Counted from the first letter of the stretch, positions 46,168-61,095 are shown. The stretch: 64,000 bases of DNA from the human T2T-CHM13v2.0 reference genome, Homo sapiens (GCF_009914755.1 NC_060930.1); one strand, 5' to 3'. The notes: a model not told the origin generated them from the letters alone. Translations and numbers: made by a program.

Positions 46168-46471
46168 ATTTTTTTGAGACAGGGTCTTGCTTTGCTGCCC
46201 AGGTTGGAATGCATTGGTGCCATCACGGCTCACTGCAGCCTTGACCCCTGGGCTCAAGCCATCCTGCTGCCTTGGCCTCTTGAGTGGCTGGGACCGCAGA
46301 TACTTGTCACCACACCAAAAACATTAACACAGGTTAATGTTTTTGAATTTTAAGTAGAGACAGGGTCTTGTTAGTTGCCCAGGCTGGTCTCGAACTCCTA
46401 GGCTCAAGTGATCCTCCCGCCTCAGGCCTCCCAAAGTGCTAGGATTGCAGGCATGAGCCACTGTGCCCAGT
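46168..46471 (-). mobile_element. Alu (AluJ-like)
   Basis: Reverse Alu dimer. Confidence 0.88.
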
Positions 46472-47834
46472 CAAGAAACACCTTAATTATACTTAACTAT
46501 AATTCTGTTTATATGAATGTCTTACCTATACTTCTGTTTATATGTTTATACTCTTTTTTTCTCCCAGAGGTTAAATGTTTAAAGTTCCTCATGATGCCTC
46601 GACTAAAGATGCTTCTACGTGAAAGTGTTGTTTCAATCTGTAATTTCACAATATTTTATTTTGGAAGCTGGTGGCAACAAGCTGGCAGGAAACATGGACC
46701 TTAGGAAAAGCAAACACATTCTATTTGCTAATGGTCACTAAGCGATTGTAACCAAGGCAAGCTTATTACAGAAAGGAACAATCAGCTGAAGTGTAAAGAC
46801 AGAGCGTTTGAAAAATCCTAACCCTTCTTCCCTGCATGCTAAAATCAGCTAACAGAGATAAACTAGTAGCTGGTTCTTAAAAGAGGGATTTGTTTACACT
46901 ACGTAATTTTTATCAGTGGGACAACCTGTTTGCCTGCCTGAGATCTTATTACTTATTAATGCATATTACCTGTGAATAAGAAAAAGGTGCTTGCATTTCA
47001 GAAGTTTGTGTGAATCACGTGTCCTCCTCATTTCCTACCAGAGTTCAGGTATTTGTTTATTTTGAATAATGACAGTTCTCAGTAAAGCTAAGGTTTTAAG
47101 GTCATGCCCTTCTGCATAGAACCTAATCTGTCAATGGCTCTTTCCTGTTCAGAATTTTAGACTTAGTAAAAAGTTTGCAAACTAAGAGCTTTTATAAACA
47201 GAATATGACCATTAATATACTTGTTTCTGAATTCCAAGGGAAAATGTATGACAGTTTTCATAATTTCAAATGCCTTGACCAATGTCACAAAGCTAATACT
47301 GATTATGGAACCCATGAGTATGACACTAAAATTCAGGGGCTTTGGAATTCCATTGTTGTTTTGCTTAATTAAATAGACATACATTAGGGCATGTATACTA
47401 TACATGCTCAGTCTAAAGAAGAATAACCAAAGGAAAACTCTTGTTTTCATCACCATTTAAGGAGACCATTACTAATTCCAATGTGATCTCTGTCCTTGGT
47501 TCCCAAGGGGGAACCACAATCTCAAACTTTTAGTCATTTCCTTGTCTTACAACATATATATGTATCCCTAAACAATATAGTGCTTAGTTTTCTATGTTTG
47601 GGTATTTTATACAAGTGGAATTATTCTATCTGTGTTCTTTTAGAAATCAATCTTTTTGCTCAATATTATGTTTGTGAGGTTCATTCATGTTACCCTGTGA
47701 AGTTGTAGTTCATTTTCAAAGCTTTCTTCTGCTGATAAGCCTTTGTGTTCTTTTGCAGATTAAAAAAATGAATGATGCTTCTATGAACATTCTTATATGT
47801 GCATCTGGTGCTGTTTTTATTGCTGTTTTTATTG

Positions 47835-48070
47835 TTTTATTTATTGAGCACTTATTTTGTGTCAGGCACGGTTTTAAGTGCTTCAAATATATTGATTCAT
47901 TTAAATCTGCTGCCCTCTGAGGTATGTAAAATTATCATCCTCATTTCACTGATGAGGGAGTTTGGTCCAAAGAGGTTAAGTTAAGTTGCCTGAGGTGACA
48001 AACCTAGGAAGCTACAGAAACCAAGCCTCTCAGCTTCAAGAGTCTATCCTTGCAATCAGTACACCATACT
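47835..48070 (-). mobile_element. MIR
   Basis: tttattgagcacttattttgtgtcaggcac...catttcactgatgagg...gaggttaagttaagttgcctgaggtgacaa. Confidence 0.7.
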
Positions 48071-49187
48071 GATTCTTCTTTGGCTTATCCATCCCTCAAT
48101 CAGTCAATTTGAAAAGTTCTAAGGTGTGTTTCCATTTGTCCATATATCCTTTTGTTAATCAAATGCTGGCAAATTCTTTTTAAAGCAAAAAGTCAACAAA
48201 TTTAATAGAGATCCAATACCAATACCACACCTCCTTTTTGGGGGCTTGGGGATAATATCTCTATCATTTTTAAATTTTCCTCTCATATCAAATATCCTGA
48301 TGTTTTATTTAGCATGTCAAATCAATTTCAGAATGGGAAAGAATGCACTTGCCTGAGAAGAAAGAATAATATGTAAATAATTTTAACCGTATGAGACCTT
48401 TAAGAGCAGTATCTAATTCATATGCCCCTCAAAAGTGAGTGCCAGGGACAGGCAAATGACCAATGGTATTTATCCCCATCAGTGCTCATCTGTCTCAGTG
48501 GCCTTTGCATGAAAACATAAACATGAGCCATATGTCCATCTTCTGAGTTGGTGGAAACCCTCCGAATACCACCTAATCCAGAAAATGACAGATTGAGAAA
48601 TCTAAAGAGATCTGTTGGGGAGAGTAAGGGAGAAAATGCCTCATCTGCTTCCAGTTATAGCAAAGAGTCAGAGCATCAGTTCCTTGGGACAGAAGGAGCC
48701 TCCACCCATCAACACAAGCATAACAGAAAGCACCACCAAACAGCCTCACACACCAGCCCTCAGCCCCTCTCTCAAAGGAGTCTTGCATGTAGCAATGCTG
48801 AAAGAACCTTAACTCATTGGCATGAAAACCAGAAGTGAAAATCAAAGGGAAAATTTGTTAAAGATTAAAACTAGTAGGACTGAAGTTTTGCAGCCACCAA
48901 ATGGGCCAAGGGGGCTGGAGGAACATCAGTCCTGCTGAGATGGTCAAAGTAATGGCCTGCATGGCCAAGGCCGCCTTCAAGCACATGTCACTGAGGACCC
49001 AAGGCTTGGGAGAAGTGGTAGTAGGAACTAAGCACAGAGAGTCTAACTCCAATAAGGGACGATACATGACCAGAGTAGTCATCCAGCCAGTTTGGAGAGG
49101 TAGTAATTTTCAGGAAATAGTGTTTTTGAGAGGTTCAGTTATCTTTAAAGGACTTACAGTATTTTTGGTTGCTGCTTGGCTAAATCT

Positions 49188-49534
<347 letters not shown>

Positions 49535-49727
49535 TAATTCCCAATCTGTTGTTTCAAATGTTCTAGCTTGACTAAGATTGGTGCATTATAAACTTAATCT
49601 GTAGTTAAAATCAGATAGTTACATATTTTTGAGTGAAAGGAGCAAGTTATAAAATAATCCAATATAATCCCCACTTTTGGCAAAAATATTTACATACATG
49701 CAATGAAAATGTCCGGAAAGTCCTACA

Positions 49728-49932
49728 CCAAGGTTTATGAACTGAGGCACTATTGGCATTTTGGGCTGGATAACTCTTTGTTATGGTAGGATGTTTAGCA
49801 GTATTTATTCCTGGCTTTGGCCCCCTACATGCCAGCAGCACCCTCCTCCTGAGTGGTGACGATCAAAAATTTTCTAGACATTGCCACATATCCCCTGGGG
49901 GACAAAAATTCTCCCAGTTGAGAATCATTTCT
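49728..49932 (+). mobile_element. MER20 hAT-Charlie element
   Basis: ggcactattggcattttgggctggataactctttg...agacattgccacatatcccctggggg...ccagttgagaatca. Confidence 0.8.
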
Positions 49933-50691
49933 CTATTCAAATATGTTTATGGTGGTTAAATCTGGGTGACAGTATTATAGGTAATTTTTCTTTCTTCCCC
50001 TATTTATTTCTAGTTACTCTACAATGAATATGTATACATATATCTTAATATATATCTTCTATAATAAAAATAAAAGCTATTGTTAAAATACCCATAACCA
50101 TAGCACTATTTATTTTAAAAATTATAGGTACATGCTTTTGAGCAAAATCTTTGAAAAATATCTGTAGATAGGTTTATGGAAGACACAATGTGGGGAATTA
50201 AAAAGGAAAAGTTCTTCTAAGATAATTTAGCAAAAATTAATCTGCAAGATGTGGGGGTGGTAATGTGTGGGCCAGAAATAACTTGATTAATGACCCAGGG
50301 GTACCCATCCATGACAACCAATCCTCTGTTTAATGTTCTCATTAGATTTACCAAGCTGGCGGTCTTGTGCTCTGGGCTGTACAAATAGTTTTTCTCTGCA
50401 CTGATTTCCTTCCAGTTGGGCTCGGCATGGGCAGGCACCAAATCTTTCCCATGTTATGGGCTCCAGTGACAAGTTCACTTCCCTCACTTCCTTCTTGAGA
50501 GGAAGACATGGCACTATGTTTCACTTACTTTGTAGAGGTGGTATTTTCGTTCACCAGTTGTTTAGGATTTATGGGGTGTGGAAATGGAGCTGCTAATAGA
50601 TGTTTTTTATTTCTATTAGATAAGGAAAACTTAACTAATGTTCAAGTGGTATATAAAATCCTGGGAATGATCAGGGATAAGATGAACAGCA

Positions 50692-51017
50692 TAGTTGTCC
50701 CTTGGTATTCACTGGGGATTGGTTCCAGGACCCCTGAGGATACCAAAATCCACGCATGCTCAAGTCCATGGTATAAAATGGTGTAGATAACCTACACACA
50801 TTCTCCTGTATACTTTCCATCATCTCTAGATTGCTTGTAATGCCCAATAGGCCTAGACATCACTTCATTTAAGTGCATTCAGTGTAGTACTCAGTGCAAT
50901 GCAAATTCAAGGTTCACTTTTTGGAACTTTGTGGATTTTTTTTTTTTTAATGAATGTTTGATTTGCTATTGGTTGAATCCATGGATGCTGAACCCACAGA
51001 TACAGAGGACCAACTAT
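50692..51017 (+). mobile_element. MER2-type Tigger element
   Basis: agttgtcccttggtattcactggggattggttccaggaccc...ggttgaatccatggatgctgaacccacagatacagaggaccaacta. Confidence 0.8.
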
Positions 51018-51749
51018 ACTTGTCGGACTCTGAAACTTCAACTTCTCAGCTCCACTTGAACCTCAGGCACAGAGATGGAATCTGAAGCGGACCAAAGGGT
51101 GGCTTCTTGGAGATGGTGAGGCGTGGCCACAGGAGGAACAGGATGCATGACAGCTGCCTCCCACACAGATATACCGCATCTAAGAAGATGTCGCCACCCC
51201 CATGAGAAATATCTACTGTATGCTCATGTTTGAATGTGTGTGTATATGTATAGGTTCAATATATACATAAGTTGCAAAGAACTGAAGCAGCAAAATTAGA
51301 GAATGCTCAATATTTCTGACATGCTTGGAATAACAAGAGATGTAAAAGCAACTCAGAATTAGATTCCCCTTTTACGAAGCCAGATAATGTGGCTGAATCA
51401 CTGAAGGATTTCAATCTGAGGGCACAAAGTAGGAAGCAAATTACTATTTACTCTCTGGTAAGAAAAACAGAGTTAGACAAGGTCTGCCTTTGAATCACAA
51501 TAGTTGTATGTTTAAATGGCGTTTCTTTCTGGCAGTTAGTAATGGGACCTGGCAGTTAATGATGATGATGACAAACACTTAGGGAGCACTCACTATGTGC
51601 CCAGCACAGGTCTAAGTACCTTCTATAGTCCAACTCTTTTTATCCTCAAAACAGCCCTAAGGCAGCTCTTATTTCTATTGCACAGATGAGGACACTGAAG
51701 GACATATTAGGTACTTAGAGAATATTTTGTGAATGGAATTAATAAGCAG

Positions 51750-53339
51750 AACTATCATCAATCACTTTATTTTTCTTTTGCTCTTAATAACAATTTATTC
51801 TTTCTCACTCTTGAACTACTTTTACAGTTAGTGTAATACATCTGTTCTTCAAAACCAGCAGAATCGTTTCTATAAAGATTGAGAATAACAGAACACTCTG
51901 ATTAATATAATTACTCCCTAAATTAAACCATTAGATCTGAAACTGTTTGCATTTGCGGATAATCACGAAAGGTCATGACCCCAGAATCCATCTCTCCTAC
52001 CAGGGTTGTCTGCCTGTACCAATAATATCAATAAGGAAATATGGGTGATATCTCTTCTCATGAAAGAGCATCAATGGATTATGAGTTCATGACTAAAACA
52101 AATATATATTAAGGCAAACCATATGAAGTTACTGCTTGTCAGATTAAAAACAGCCAAATATCCACAATTATATATGGTTCAACTTAATAGATTTTGTCCC
52201 ATTTTAAAGCAGCGTGACTGAAGAATTTAATTTTCTTAACAAGTGGTAAAGGAGATGGGAACAGTTACTGGAAATGAACTAGAAAGCTATTGTTTTATGG
52301 CATAGTTTAGTTCCTACAGTAAATTTCATCAAATTTTAATAAACTCTCCCTTACATAGTCATTTAACTCATTTCTCTTGTATGTCCTATATTTACTTATG
52401 GGTTTTAATATTATAAGAATAGAGGATATTCATTCATAGATATTCCAAAGAGTCTTTGAACGACTGCCTATTCGAATGTTTAATATTATAATAGTAACAC
52501 AGTAACCTAGAGCTTTACCTAACACTTTCTAGTTTACAGACTATGTAAATATCTGTTTGAAAACACACTTCCAGAAATAAATGTAATATTCTATTATAAA
52601 ATGTGTCATTTTCTTTTAGGTTAGTTTTGAGAGACAATAAGCCCCTACTAAATTATTGAGAGGACACTTTTCTGACTACAAAAGAATACTCGTTTATGTT
52701 TACACTCCAGAACTACTCATAAAGTATTAAAGATGGCCTCTTAAAGTAGCCAAGAGTGTGTGATATCATGAAGGTCTGTGCCTGATGTATTCACTCAAAA
52801 TATGAATCATGATGATTAAATAGTTGAGGTTTTCACATGTGACCAACTTACCACCAACCTGGTATATGTGCATGTTTTAAGTATCTCCTCCTGCTCGCAA
52901 TAAACCCAATTCTGAAAAAGTGGTATTTATAAAATGAGTGATCTTTGGGAAATATTTTTTACAGTGCTATGTGCATATGGGAAGTACCCAGAAAATAATT
53001 GTACAAGTGTGCTTGTTTGAAAATAATGAACCAAGAGGCCAGAGTACACCCACCTGAATAAATTCTGCACCCAGTCTGGCAAACATTTATTGACTGCTTT
53101 CTCTGCATAGAACAACCGGCCAGCCCCTGGACTCCAGAGGCCCACCATCATTGTTAAGAGACCTACATGCATGAACCAATCACACACGTGCTATGAGAAT
53201 AGAGAAAAGAAATAAGTAATTCTCACAGACACTGACAAACTGGAAAAAACTTCTTTCATCCCAGGTACTTTATGGCTGGGATCAAAGGGGTGACTCACTT
53301 GTTTGCACAGGAAACAAAAGGCAAAAGGAAGTGTTGGCA
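51750..53339 (-). other. IL20RA: IL20RA 3' UTR (3' end approximate)
   Basis: Follows the stop codon at 53340-53342; repeat-free and AU-rich; ends after tandem AATAAA signals. Confidence 0.75.
51766..51799 (-). terminator. IL20RA: Distal polyadenylation signals of IL20RA (AATAAA x2)
   Basis: tttatt at 51766-51771 and 51794-51799 on the plus strand. Confidence 0.7.
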
Positions 53340-54137
53340 TCAGTTTTCCATCTGCACATATAACCCCCATTCCTCCATGAATTGCATGAGATAGGTTTCA
53401 TTTTCTCCTGGTGGCCTGTCTGGAGCCGGCTCCTCATAGAGTCTAGATAGAAGACCCTCCTCTCCGAGCCCATCCCCCTCAGAAGGCTCGCAGCCCTCTG
53501 AATCCTGGTCGAAGCTGGACAGCGAAGGAATACACAGCCTGCCAGTTTGGGGATCCCAGTCGACCAGGGTCGTCGATGGCTCTTCCTCCGGCCCCTCCTC
53601 CGAGTCTGTGTGCTCCTGCGCCAGGGGGTCTAAGTCTTGGAGCTGAGGGGTGTATGAGTACTGTAACGTTTGCGGGCCCAAGACTGCCAACGCTGCCTGC
53701 GACTCCAATAATGTTCCTTGTGTGGACACCTCCTCCTGCAAACTGAGCTCCTGCTCTTCAGGCCCCGCACAAATGTCAGTGGTTCTGACATCATATTCAT
53801 ATTCAATGACTGTTTTATCCGGGGGTATTGTTCTGCTGAGGGACTCTTGCTGGGTGAGAGAAGTACCTTCCGTGTTTTCTTCAGAGTCACAAAAAATTTC
53901 CATCAAATGCGAAGCATACCCTAAATGTTTCACCTCCTCTTCCTCCTGAGGGGGCCTCAGGTTCCCGCTGGGCTGAGGATCATTAAGGCTGGATACATCA
54001 CTGCTTTTTCCCAGTAAACTCATATCCTGATGAGAAATTTTAGAATCATCCGAGATATTGAGGGTGATAAAGTTAATCACGATTTTTTCAGCAGGCACAA
54101 AGAATCTTTTGTCAAATTCATTTCCATAAATCAAAAT
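53340..54137 (-). CDS. IL20RA: IL-20 receptor alpha, last coding exon (exon 7): cytoplasmic domain
   Basis: Acceptor tttctctttatag|ATT; phase 0; 265 aa ILIYGNEFDKRFFVPAEK...FMEEWGLYVQMEN* recognised as the IL20RA C-terminus; contains YxxQ (STAT3-type) motifs YTPQ and YLMQ. Confidence 0.98.
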   Translation of the reverse strand: MLIYGNEFDKRFFVPAEKIVINFITLNISDDSKISHQDMSLLGKSSDVSSLNDPQPSGNLRPPQEEEEVKHLGYASHLMEIFCDSEENTEGTSLTQQESLSRTIPPDKTVIEYEYDVRTTDICAGPEEQELSLQEEVSTQGTLLESQAALAVLGPQTLQYSYTPQLQDLDPLAQEHTDSEEGPEEEPSTTLVDWDPQTGRLCIPSLSSFDQDSEGCEPSEGDGLGEEGLLSRLYEEPAPDRPPGENETYLMQFMEEWGLYVQMEN

Positions 54138-55931
54138 CTATAAAGAGAAAAGAGAATGATTTTCACCTTTTCACTTTAGAGAGACATTAAAAACAGCTGT
54201 TAGGTAGAATATCTTGTCACCAGACAGTTTTAAAGACCTACTCTTACCAACTCATGTAAATGAAAGTTATGCTTGCAATATACAGAAAACCTCACTCACT
54301 GGGAGGCAAGAGACCCAAGACACACAAAAGATAGTTGGAAGCGAGAAGTGATTCGCTGGGTGGGTATTTCTCCAGTCCAGGGCTGGGGCTGGGGCGTTGG
54401 TGCCCCCTCTTCTAACTGGCAGAGGAGTTGCTTCATTTCTTGACCTTTTTTACATTCTGTAAAGTCAGAATCTCAGCCACATGAAGAGTAGCAAAGACTG
54501 GGTGTGGCAGAGTTTGTGACACTGTTTTATTTATAGTTTGCTATGCACTTGTTAATAAGCTGTGGTTACCTGGGCTACCTGCCCTGTTTTTGGATATACT
54601 TGAAATGCAGACAGGCATGAGAACTGGATGTAGAAAAGGAGGGAAATATATGAGCAGGGATGGTTTTTACCCCTTACACCATTCTTATCATGCTATAATA
54701 GAGCCAAAAAAGGAAATTCATCTGCCAGTTTACGGTAGACAGAGAAACTCTAAATCATGTCAAGGAAGCTCAGATGAGATTAAAATATTGCTGTGGGTAC
54801 CATGAAAGATACCTGTTATCTAAGAGAGCATGAGTTACAATCCTCATTGTCACTCTACCATGTGATTTCATTTAACTTTACAAAACAGAACCTTCAGCCT
54901 CAATCTTTTACAACATTTTAAGTTTCAAAAAAATCACAGGTGGTCAATTCTCCTGTGAATGTTCCTTCCAGAAAAGGTCTCCCAATGCCATTAAGAAGCC
55001 AACTCTGAAACCTGAATGCAGGCAGAATCATAGAAAAACTTATAAACTGAACTAACAGGAAACAAGGTATGTTATCATGTACACGTGAACACATCTTTTA
55101 ATAGTTCTCAAGAAAATGGTTTTGATTGTTAAAAATATGCTCAGCCCTTCAGAACCCTTCAGCACATTGTCCCACCTCTGTGGGTTTAATTCTTTCTTCT
55201 TTCTTGCTTCTTCTTACTGTGAAGGATTAAGTCATGGCCATGTTCCTCCTAAGTGTGTTTCCATTCCATGTCTTTCTCTCTAGACTGATATCCCACTCTC
55301 GCCTGTTAGACTTGAATCTTCTCTCCCCTGGACAAAGCTACAGTTCCCTAGGTGCTTTTCTTGTTTCTAGTCTTACTCCGCTCTAAGTTTTCCTGGAACT
55401 AATATCTGGTTGGATCTAAACCTTGATACTGACTATGATGCTCCTAACCTAAAACCCTATGGAGATTTCTCTTTGCCAGTAGAATGAGGCCTAGCTCCTT
55501 AGAACAGCACCCCAGCTCTCCCCTTACTTGGACCCACTGCCTACTCTCCAGTCTCATCTTCTTCTCTAGCTCCTCATCTGGAGCCTCCTTGTTTAGGGGT
55601 GTCATGCAGTTTCCACACATCCACCTTGCTGTTTCTTCTGCCTGCACTACGGATCCTAACTCCTACTCACCTCTCATAGCCAAGCCCTGGCATGAGAGCT
55701 GAGCCCCTGTGTAGGGTTTTGGGGCCCTCCTTGTACCCCCAGAATTCCCAGCGCCTGCTCTCATCTTAGCCTTCATGTGTTATTTTGAAATTCTAGTCCT
55801 CGACTAGGCTTGAACTTCTAGAAGGGCAGGGCAGGGATCATGATTGAATTTATCTGTGGGACCTTGTATAATCTGGTGGTTAAATAGAACATCTTTTCAA
55901 AGCTAAGGAAAATGTTCTGTTAGTCAGCTAA

Positions 55932-56539
<608 letters not shown>

Positions 56540-57333
56540 CTGTAAAAAAAAAAAAAGGTGGGAATTCGGGGGAAGGGATTAGATAGTTGTGATTTGATGT
56601 GATGGGAAAAACCTCGTATCGTTAAGCTGCTTCTGTGCAGATCACTTACATTTGGGAACTCAGTTTTCTCACCTCTACGTTGAGAAGCTTAAGCTAAATG
56701 TTATAAGCGGTCTCAGAATTCTTACTCTCCCTGACAAGAGACAGTCTGAAGGAATCATCTGAGTGTACCTCAAATGTTTACACTAAGAATACATCAATCA
56801 TCCAAGTCAGCACATATTCCACCATCGTATGTCTGGCTATGAGATTCATGCAGGTTCTTATATTTCAAAGTAAATGTATTTGATATTCAAGTAAGTCACA
56901 GAATTTCAAACAAACAACAAAACCCTCCAGTGAAGATCCCATTGAATTGCTCCACTTTTCCACGCCACCTGTTTGACTCAATCTTTCTGCATGTTCACTG
57001 AAAGACATGAATGCATGACGCCACTTTTATATGAGTAGCAGAACTGTTCTTGCACTGTTTGGCTGGACTTTCTGGGTAGGGCTGGAGCCTGGGGATGTGT
57101 GTAGGGAGGTGGCTGGACAGGGTGCAGTGCGAATGGCAGTTAACTCCCTTCCCGGGCCTGCTGTGCTGTAGGCTCATGATGAGTAAAAGTCCGCAGAGGA
57201 AATGAAAAGACCTGGGAAATCGTTTTAATAAAAGCAGCCCTGGCCCACACCATTAATCAGGCCATATAGCTGATGACTAGAGCTCATTGTGACTAGCTCA
57301 TACTTGTTAAGCCACTGTGGTATACTTGGAAGT

Positions 57334-57798
57334 TGTGATGGTACATTTTACATGTCCAGTTGGCTAGGCCACAGTATGCAGATATTTGGCTAAACATTAT
57401 TCTAGAGCCTTCTGTGAAGGTTTTTGTTGTTGTTGTTGTTGTTGTTTTTAATGGGAGTCTAACATTTCAATCAGCAGGTTTTTGAGTAAAGCAGATTACT
57501 ACCTATAATGTGGGTGAGTCTCATCCAATCAATTGAAGACTTTCATAAAAAATGTCTTGATGACCCTAAGGAACAGGGAATTCTGCCAGGAGTCTACCTT
57601 TGGGTGCGAACTGCAAACATCAACTCTTCCGTGGGTCTCCAGCCTGCCTATCCTATAAATTCGGACTTGCCAGCCTCTACGATCCTGTGAGCCAACGCCT
57701 TAAAATAAATCAATATTTCTAAACAAATAAATATATCGATATGTGCATCTATATGTATTCTATTGGTCCTGTTTCTCTGGAGAATCCTGACTGATACA
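57334..57798 (+). mobile_element. MLT2B-like ERVL LTR, IL20RA intron 5
   Basis: tgtgatggt...ttggctaggccacagt...ctattggtcctgtttctctggagaatcctgactgataca. Confidence 0.85.
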
Positions 57799-58492
57799 GC
57801 TGTAGGAAAAAGAGCAGCTTCAGCACAAATGACAAAAGTCCGAGTGTGCTCCTTACACACTAACAAAACCAGCAGGAGTGTGACCGGAGCATTCTAATCC
57901 AGGAGAATGTTGGATGCTCTTGATGCTTGGGCCCAAGAGAAAGCAGCAAAGTCACTATCTGGTTAACTATCCAGTTGAAAGCGAAACAGATGTGTCATGG
58001 CTGATGAGGGTGGTCAACAAGAGCCGGTGGGAAAAGTTCCGCATGCGGGCCTGTTACCCTGCACAATTCCCAAGGAGCACATTCATCACCAGGTTCCACA
58101 CAGAGACGTGCCAATGCTGTGATGCGGATGCTGCGGGTGTCAGAACACCACCTGCCCTGCTTGTAGCCTATAACTCAGTCCAACCCTCTTAATACAATCC
58201 CTGGTCCCTGGATTGAGCCTGTCCTAATTGAAAAAAGTCATAACAATGACTGATAGCATTTAGTATACACTAACCCATGTTTATTACAACAAACCTAATA
58301 AACTATAATTGTATTTTAGGGATGGGGGACGAGAGAGCAGAAATATGTTTTAAAGAATAGTTCCAATAGAGGTAATACTGATTATTCAGAAAGCAGGTCC
58401 TCACACCAGTGTGTTGGAAAGATATCTCTGGTGGTCTAACAGCTGGGATAGCATGGGTTCAGAACCAGAAATAGAGCCTTATTATTCCGTTA

Positions 58493-58800
58493 ATTTTTCT
58501 TTCTTTTTTTTTTTTTTGAGACAGGGTTTCACTCTGTTGCCCAGGCTGGAGTGCAGTGGCACAATCACGGCTCACTGTAGCCTTGACTTCCCCAGGCTCA
58601 GGTGATCCTCCCATCTCAGCTTCCCAAGTAGCTTGGACTAAAGGTGTGTGCCACCATGCCTGGCTAAGTTTCGTATTTTTAGTAGAGATGGGGTTTCACC
58701 ATGATGCCCAGGCTGGTCTTGAACTCCTGGGCTCAAGTGATTCTCCTGCCTTGGCCTCCCAAAGTGCTGTTATTATAGGCGTGATCCATTGCACTTGGCC
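58493..58800 (-). mobile_element. Alu (AluJ-like)
   Basis: Reverse Alu dimer. Confidence 0.9.
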
Positions 58801-59747
58801 ACTTTTTTCATATTAGTGAGAAAGTGGGCTTCATCTGCTTACTGAGAAGTTTTGAATTTAATCTGCATTTTGTTGCTTTTGCTCCAATTGTGTTAATGAT
58901 TTCCACTGGAAATTCATTCCCACCAGCTGGCACTGATCAAGGTGTTAGTAAAGAGAGCACTTCTCCCAAATACAAATACGATTTCTTCAATATGCTTTGT
59001 TTTGCTTGGCATTTTAGTTTCATTTGATATATGGTAGAGACTCCTTCATTGTAAAAGAAAAGCTATGATAAAGACAGAGAGTCAAAGGCAAAGCCTTGCG
59101 CTTTTCACATGTACTCACAAAGTTCCCTTTCTTTACTTTCGGACAGTTTCATCGTGAAAGGTGGGAGGGGTGAGGGAGGAGGAAAGCAGGGGTTATGGAT
59201 TCCTATCCATGGCTGGTGATAGAGCCAAGGCATGGGGTGGAGGTCGTGGGCCTCTGTCTCTAGACCAGCTGTTTGGAAAAGAAGCGGAGGAATAATGGAT
59301 GAAGAGCCCTTCGATGCAGGCAAACTTTAGGATGTATTTTTTTTCAATTTTCAAGTTTTTAGTTAAAGCTCCTCTCACTGTGAAGGCAGAAAAATTAAAC
59401 AAATGCCAAGCTCACAACTCTATGTCTTCTCATAGGAATGGGTATCTCCAATCACGGTTCCTTGGCAGCCCAGTGTAGAAAATGTGAAGAGGAGATAAAT
59501 AAAAGGAAATAGAGAGAAGCAACTGTAAGGATAAGGAAGTGATCACTGATTTGTGGATCCCAGACCCTCATGCAGCCAATTAGTGGCACTTGAACACAAC
59601 TGGAAGCACCTATAATTAGTATTCCCCAGGGAAAGTAAAAAATGAATTCTGCTTTACAGTGGTTTTAGAATAACGCTTTGTTTCTAGCAATAAAATTGTC
59701 TGATGTTCTTGAAGACCACAGAATTTCTATCAATCAGAGTGGTTATG

Positions 59748-60040
59748 ATTTTATTTTTTATTTTTTGAGACAAGGTCTCACTCTGTTGCCCAAGCTGGAG
59801 TGCAGTGGTGCACCTATGGCTCACTGCAGCCTCTCCTGGGCTCAGGTGATCCTCCCACCTCAGCCTCCCGAGTAGCTAGGACTACAGGCATGCACTACCA
59901 AGCCTGGTTGATTTTATTTTTTATAGAGATGAGGTCTCACTATGTTGCCCAGGCTGGTCTTAAACTCCTGGGCTCAAGCCATCCTCCCTCCTTGGCCTCC
60001 CAAAGTGCTGAAATTTCAGGTGTGGGCCACTATGCCCAGC
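59748..60040 (-). mobile_element. Alu (AluJ-like)
   Basis: Reverse Alu dimer with TSD-like ttatgatttta flanks. Confidence 0.9.
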
Positions 60041-60375
60041 GTGATTATGATTTTAAAGAAGAAAAAAGGCATGTGTAAAAGTTCTTCATTGTTAATTCAC
60101 AAGGCAGGTGGCCGAAGGACCATGGAAAGAAGCTGGCAGTGGACACGGGACCTGTATGAGTTCTCCGAGGGTGTGAGAACACTTCTGAACGTCGGCCAAG
60201 CTCAATGGCAGAGTCCCAGGCTGCTCCACGCATTTCTGGTGGTAGTTGTTTCTGCCTTTGCCTCAACCTGTTTCTGTTAGACACGGATTTGTCAAAACCT
60301 TGTCTAAACCATCATACCGACTTCTAGTTTTAGCAGATCTCCTTCCTAGACCAGCAAAGATTTTTTAAAGCTTAC

Positions 60376-60520
60376 CTTTCAAAGTCCTGGCACACTGCTT
60401 CTCAGAAGGCTGAGCACGGCGAGGGGGCCCTGGGACGAAGGACTCCACGTGTACGCAGTAAAGAGTGTTCGGCTCCAGCCAGGTGAGCACCAGCGTGTGG
60501 TTGGTCACACACTGGGACCA
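60376..60520 (-). CDS. IL20RA: IL20RA exon 5 (145 nt): second half of FNIII domain 2
   Basis: ccctatcctag|TGG... WSQCVTNHTLVLTWLEPNTLYCVHVESFVPGPPRRAQPSEKQCARTLK G|gtaagc; carries the class II receptor L-P-T-YCV motif. Confidence 0.97.
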
Positions 60521-61095
60521 CTAGGATAGGGAATTGCAAACATTGGTTAGAGCCAGACATTTCTGGGACCACCCCAGACAAATAACTGTAGAAGGAAATA
60601 GAAGACCAAGGCACCATTTAATTCTTTACTATCAGTATAAGCTTTTTTTTTTTTTTTTTTTTTTTCAGCAACAGTTTCAATATACTCTTTTCCTTTAGCT
60701 CAGCAGAGCATGGTCAGGAACTGGACCAATGCTGAGAACAATTCTAAACAACACATGGATAGAGTTCTTATTCATTGTCCTGGGTCCTTGCTCACATTTT
60801 TTTCTTCTTCTCAGAGAAAGACTGTGCAAGTGAAAGCTCTTCATCAAAGTGAAGTGTACAATCTCTCTACACTCCAATAACAACACCATATCCTGTCAAC
60901 AGAGTTTCTGTAAAGAAGATCTGAAGTTAGTTCTGTAAAATTTCTGTATATAGAACTTTATTTTGTGCGGCGTATCTTTTGAACATCATGACTTCCCAGA
61001 TTCACATGCAGAGAATCAATGCATCAGGGTTGTTTGTTCCCACATTAGCTACAGAGTGGTACATGAATGTATGCCCCATTCCATTTCAGGCTTAC

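Noticed and set aside
53630-53949. Alternative-frame and antisense ORFs over IL20RA exon 7
   Set aside because: Expected shadows of a GC-rich coding exon.
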